Below are positions 35,119-36,391 of a stretch of 36,391 nucleotides of DNA, piece after piece (the first letter of the stretch is position 1; every line of letters begins with the position of its first letter). The notes under the pieces are model-generated. The model did not search any database. It had not been told where the DNA came from and saw only the letters and a program-made list of their open reading frames with translations. A program made the position numbers and the translations under genes. Source of the DNA: an uncultured Gemmatimonadota bacterium (GTDB lineage: Bacteria > GCA-2686955); NCBI GenBank assembly GCA_964490075.1, contig CAZBBK010000013.1, positions 62,001-98,391 on the forward strand. Reading direction: 5' to 3'.

Positions 35119-36391
35119 TCACATCCGCCCCACCACCCGCCCCAGCGGCCGCACCACCAAGAAGCGCAGCGGCAAGCCCACCAAGCGCCCGGCGTAGAGC
35201 AAGGGCAGCGGCAGCCGCCCGAAACGCCCGGCGCGCATCCGCAGGTGGAAGGGCGCCGGGAAGGCCACCCGCAGCAACCAGCGCGCCGCCCGCGCCGGCC
35301 GCACCGCCGGCGGCGCCAGCCACAGACCGAGCGCCGCGACCGGGTCGGCGTGGAGCGCGCCCAGCGGCGCGTCGGCGATCCAGTGCGGGCGCCGGCGCAG
35401 CAGCCGACCCGCCGCGCCGGTGCGCGTCATCGCCCGGTCGGCCCCCGGGTCGATCTGGTCGGCGAAGTGCCGCGCCTCGCGCCGTGGGCCGCAGGTTCGC
35501 AGCGCCAGCGACACCATCGCGGCGACCTGGCGCACCGCGCCGACCTCGGCCGCCGCCCGGCGGATCGCCTCGGGCCGCACCCCGCCCCGGCGCACGCAGG
35601 CCGCGATGTCGGCCAGCCCCATCAGCCGCGCCGTGCCGTGCAGCAGGGTGTGGAGCGCCGCCTGCACCACCAGGTCGGCGGGCGCCGGAATCCTGAGCCC
35701 GCCGCCCGCCGGCGACTCCAGCGCCCGGCTCCACAGCCCGTGCGCGTCGCCGCGCAGCGAGAGCACCCGCGGCAGCGGCTCGCGGTGGATCTCCACCGCC
35801 ATCCCGGTGGCGGGATGCAGCAGCGGCGGCGCCTGGTGGCTGTGACTCAGATAGTGCGATTCCGCCACCCCGTCGTCCAGGCGCCGCCAGCCCGCCCGCA
35901 ACAGCTCGCGATAGAGCCCCTCGCAGGCCTCGGACGGCACCAGCAGGTCGACGTCGGCCAGCGAGCGCAGCGCGTCGTCGCCGTAGACGCCGCTCTCGAG
36001 CAGCGCCAGCCCCTTCAGCGCCATCACCGGAATGTCCCGGTCGCGACAGAGTTTCACGACCTCGGCCGCGGCGCCGCGCGCCTGCTCGTTGCGCCGCACG
36101 TTGGCGATGTAGGCCGCCAGCATCCGCCCCGCCACCGCTGCCGGCGCCGCCCGCCCCAGCGCCGGGTGCAGCGCCGGCAGCACCTGCTGCTCGACCGCCA
36201 ACCGCTCCAGCTCACTCCAGGGCTCCGCCTCGGCGCCGGCGTCCCCCTCCGCCGCCCCGCCGCCCGGCCCGATCCCCAGCCCCTCCGCAGCCGCGGCCTC
36301 CGCGTCGCCCCCCGCCCCCTCTTCCGCTCGCGCCTCCGCCCCCGGCTCCCCCGCCCCCTCCGCGGCCCCCACCTCCCAGCGCGCCAGCAAC
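35119..36391 (-). CDS. Uncharacterised nucleotidyltransferase family protein (NTP_transf_5-like), 5' end outside or at the window edge
   Basis: ALKGLAL...YGDDALRSLADVDLLVP, VEIH and LADIA motifs. Confidence 0.85.
   Translation of the reverse strand, partial: LLARWEVGAAEGAGEPGAEARAEEGAGGDAEAAAAEGLGIGPGGGAAEGDAGAEAEPWSELERLAVEQQVLPALHPALGRAAPAAVAGRMLAAYIANVRRNEQARGAAAEVVKLCRDRDIPVMALKGLALLESGVYGDDALRSLADVDLLVPSEACEGLYRELLRAGWRRLDDGVAESHYLSHSHQAPPLLHPATGMAVEIHREPLPRVLSLRGDAHGLWSRALESPAGGGLRIPAPADLVVQAALHTLLHGTARLMGLADIAACVRRGGVRPEAIRRAAAEVGAVRQVAAMVSLALRTCGPRREARHFADQIDPGADRAMTRTGAAGRLLRRRPHWIADAPLGALHADPVAALGLWLAPPAVRPARAARWLLRVAFPAPFHLRMRAGRFGRLPLPLLYAGRLVGLPLRFLVVRPLGRVVGRM

Noticed and set aside
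1-36391. tRNA-Sec or other RNA genes, and selA/selB/selD
   Set aside because: I could not recognise any in the intergenic regions or ORFs by eye. tRNAscan-SE or Infernal would be needed to exclude small RNAs.

Overview
High-GC bacterial window from a diderm organism, with most genes on the minus strand. It contains DUF72, a patatin, and an SsuA/TauA/NMT1-type ABC importer preceded by a sigma54 promoter, paired enhancer-like sites and an adjacent PAS-type sigma54 activator. It also has two paralogous secreted beta-helix proteins, a TolC-MFP-RND efflux set, a ccsA/hemX-hemA-hemC-hemD-hemB operon, a frameshifted sulfatase-like gene next to an arylsulfotransferase, a GNAT, an alpha/beta hydrolase, an isoaspartyl peptidase, DUF2892, an MntA-HepT toxin-antitoxin pair and a partial nucleotidyltransferase. 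The standout is a four-gene operon (13715->9575) that the ORF track fragments. It encodes a Cys-rich ArsR regulator, a YeeE/YedE transporter whose conserved RFC cysteine is an in-frame TGA, a 581-aa exported rhodanese-DsbD(beta)-thioredoxin fusion whose rhodanese active loop reads FY-TGA-AGFT-TGA-VRS (UxxxxU), and a porin. Each of the three TGAs sits at a position where Cys is expected and is followed by a SECIS-like hairpin. This points to a selenoprotein-based sulfur/selenium uptake and periplasmic redox system. selA/selB/selC/selD are not in the window, so Sec decoding is inferred, not shown.
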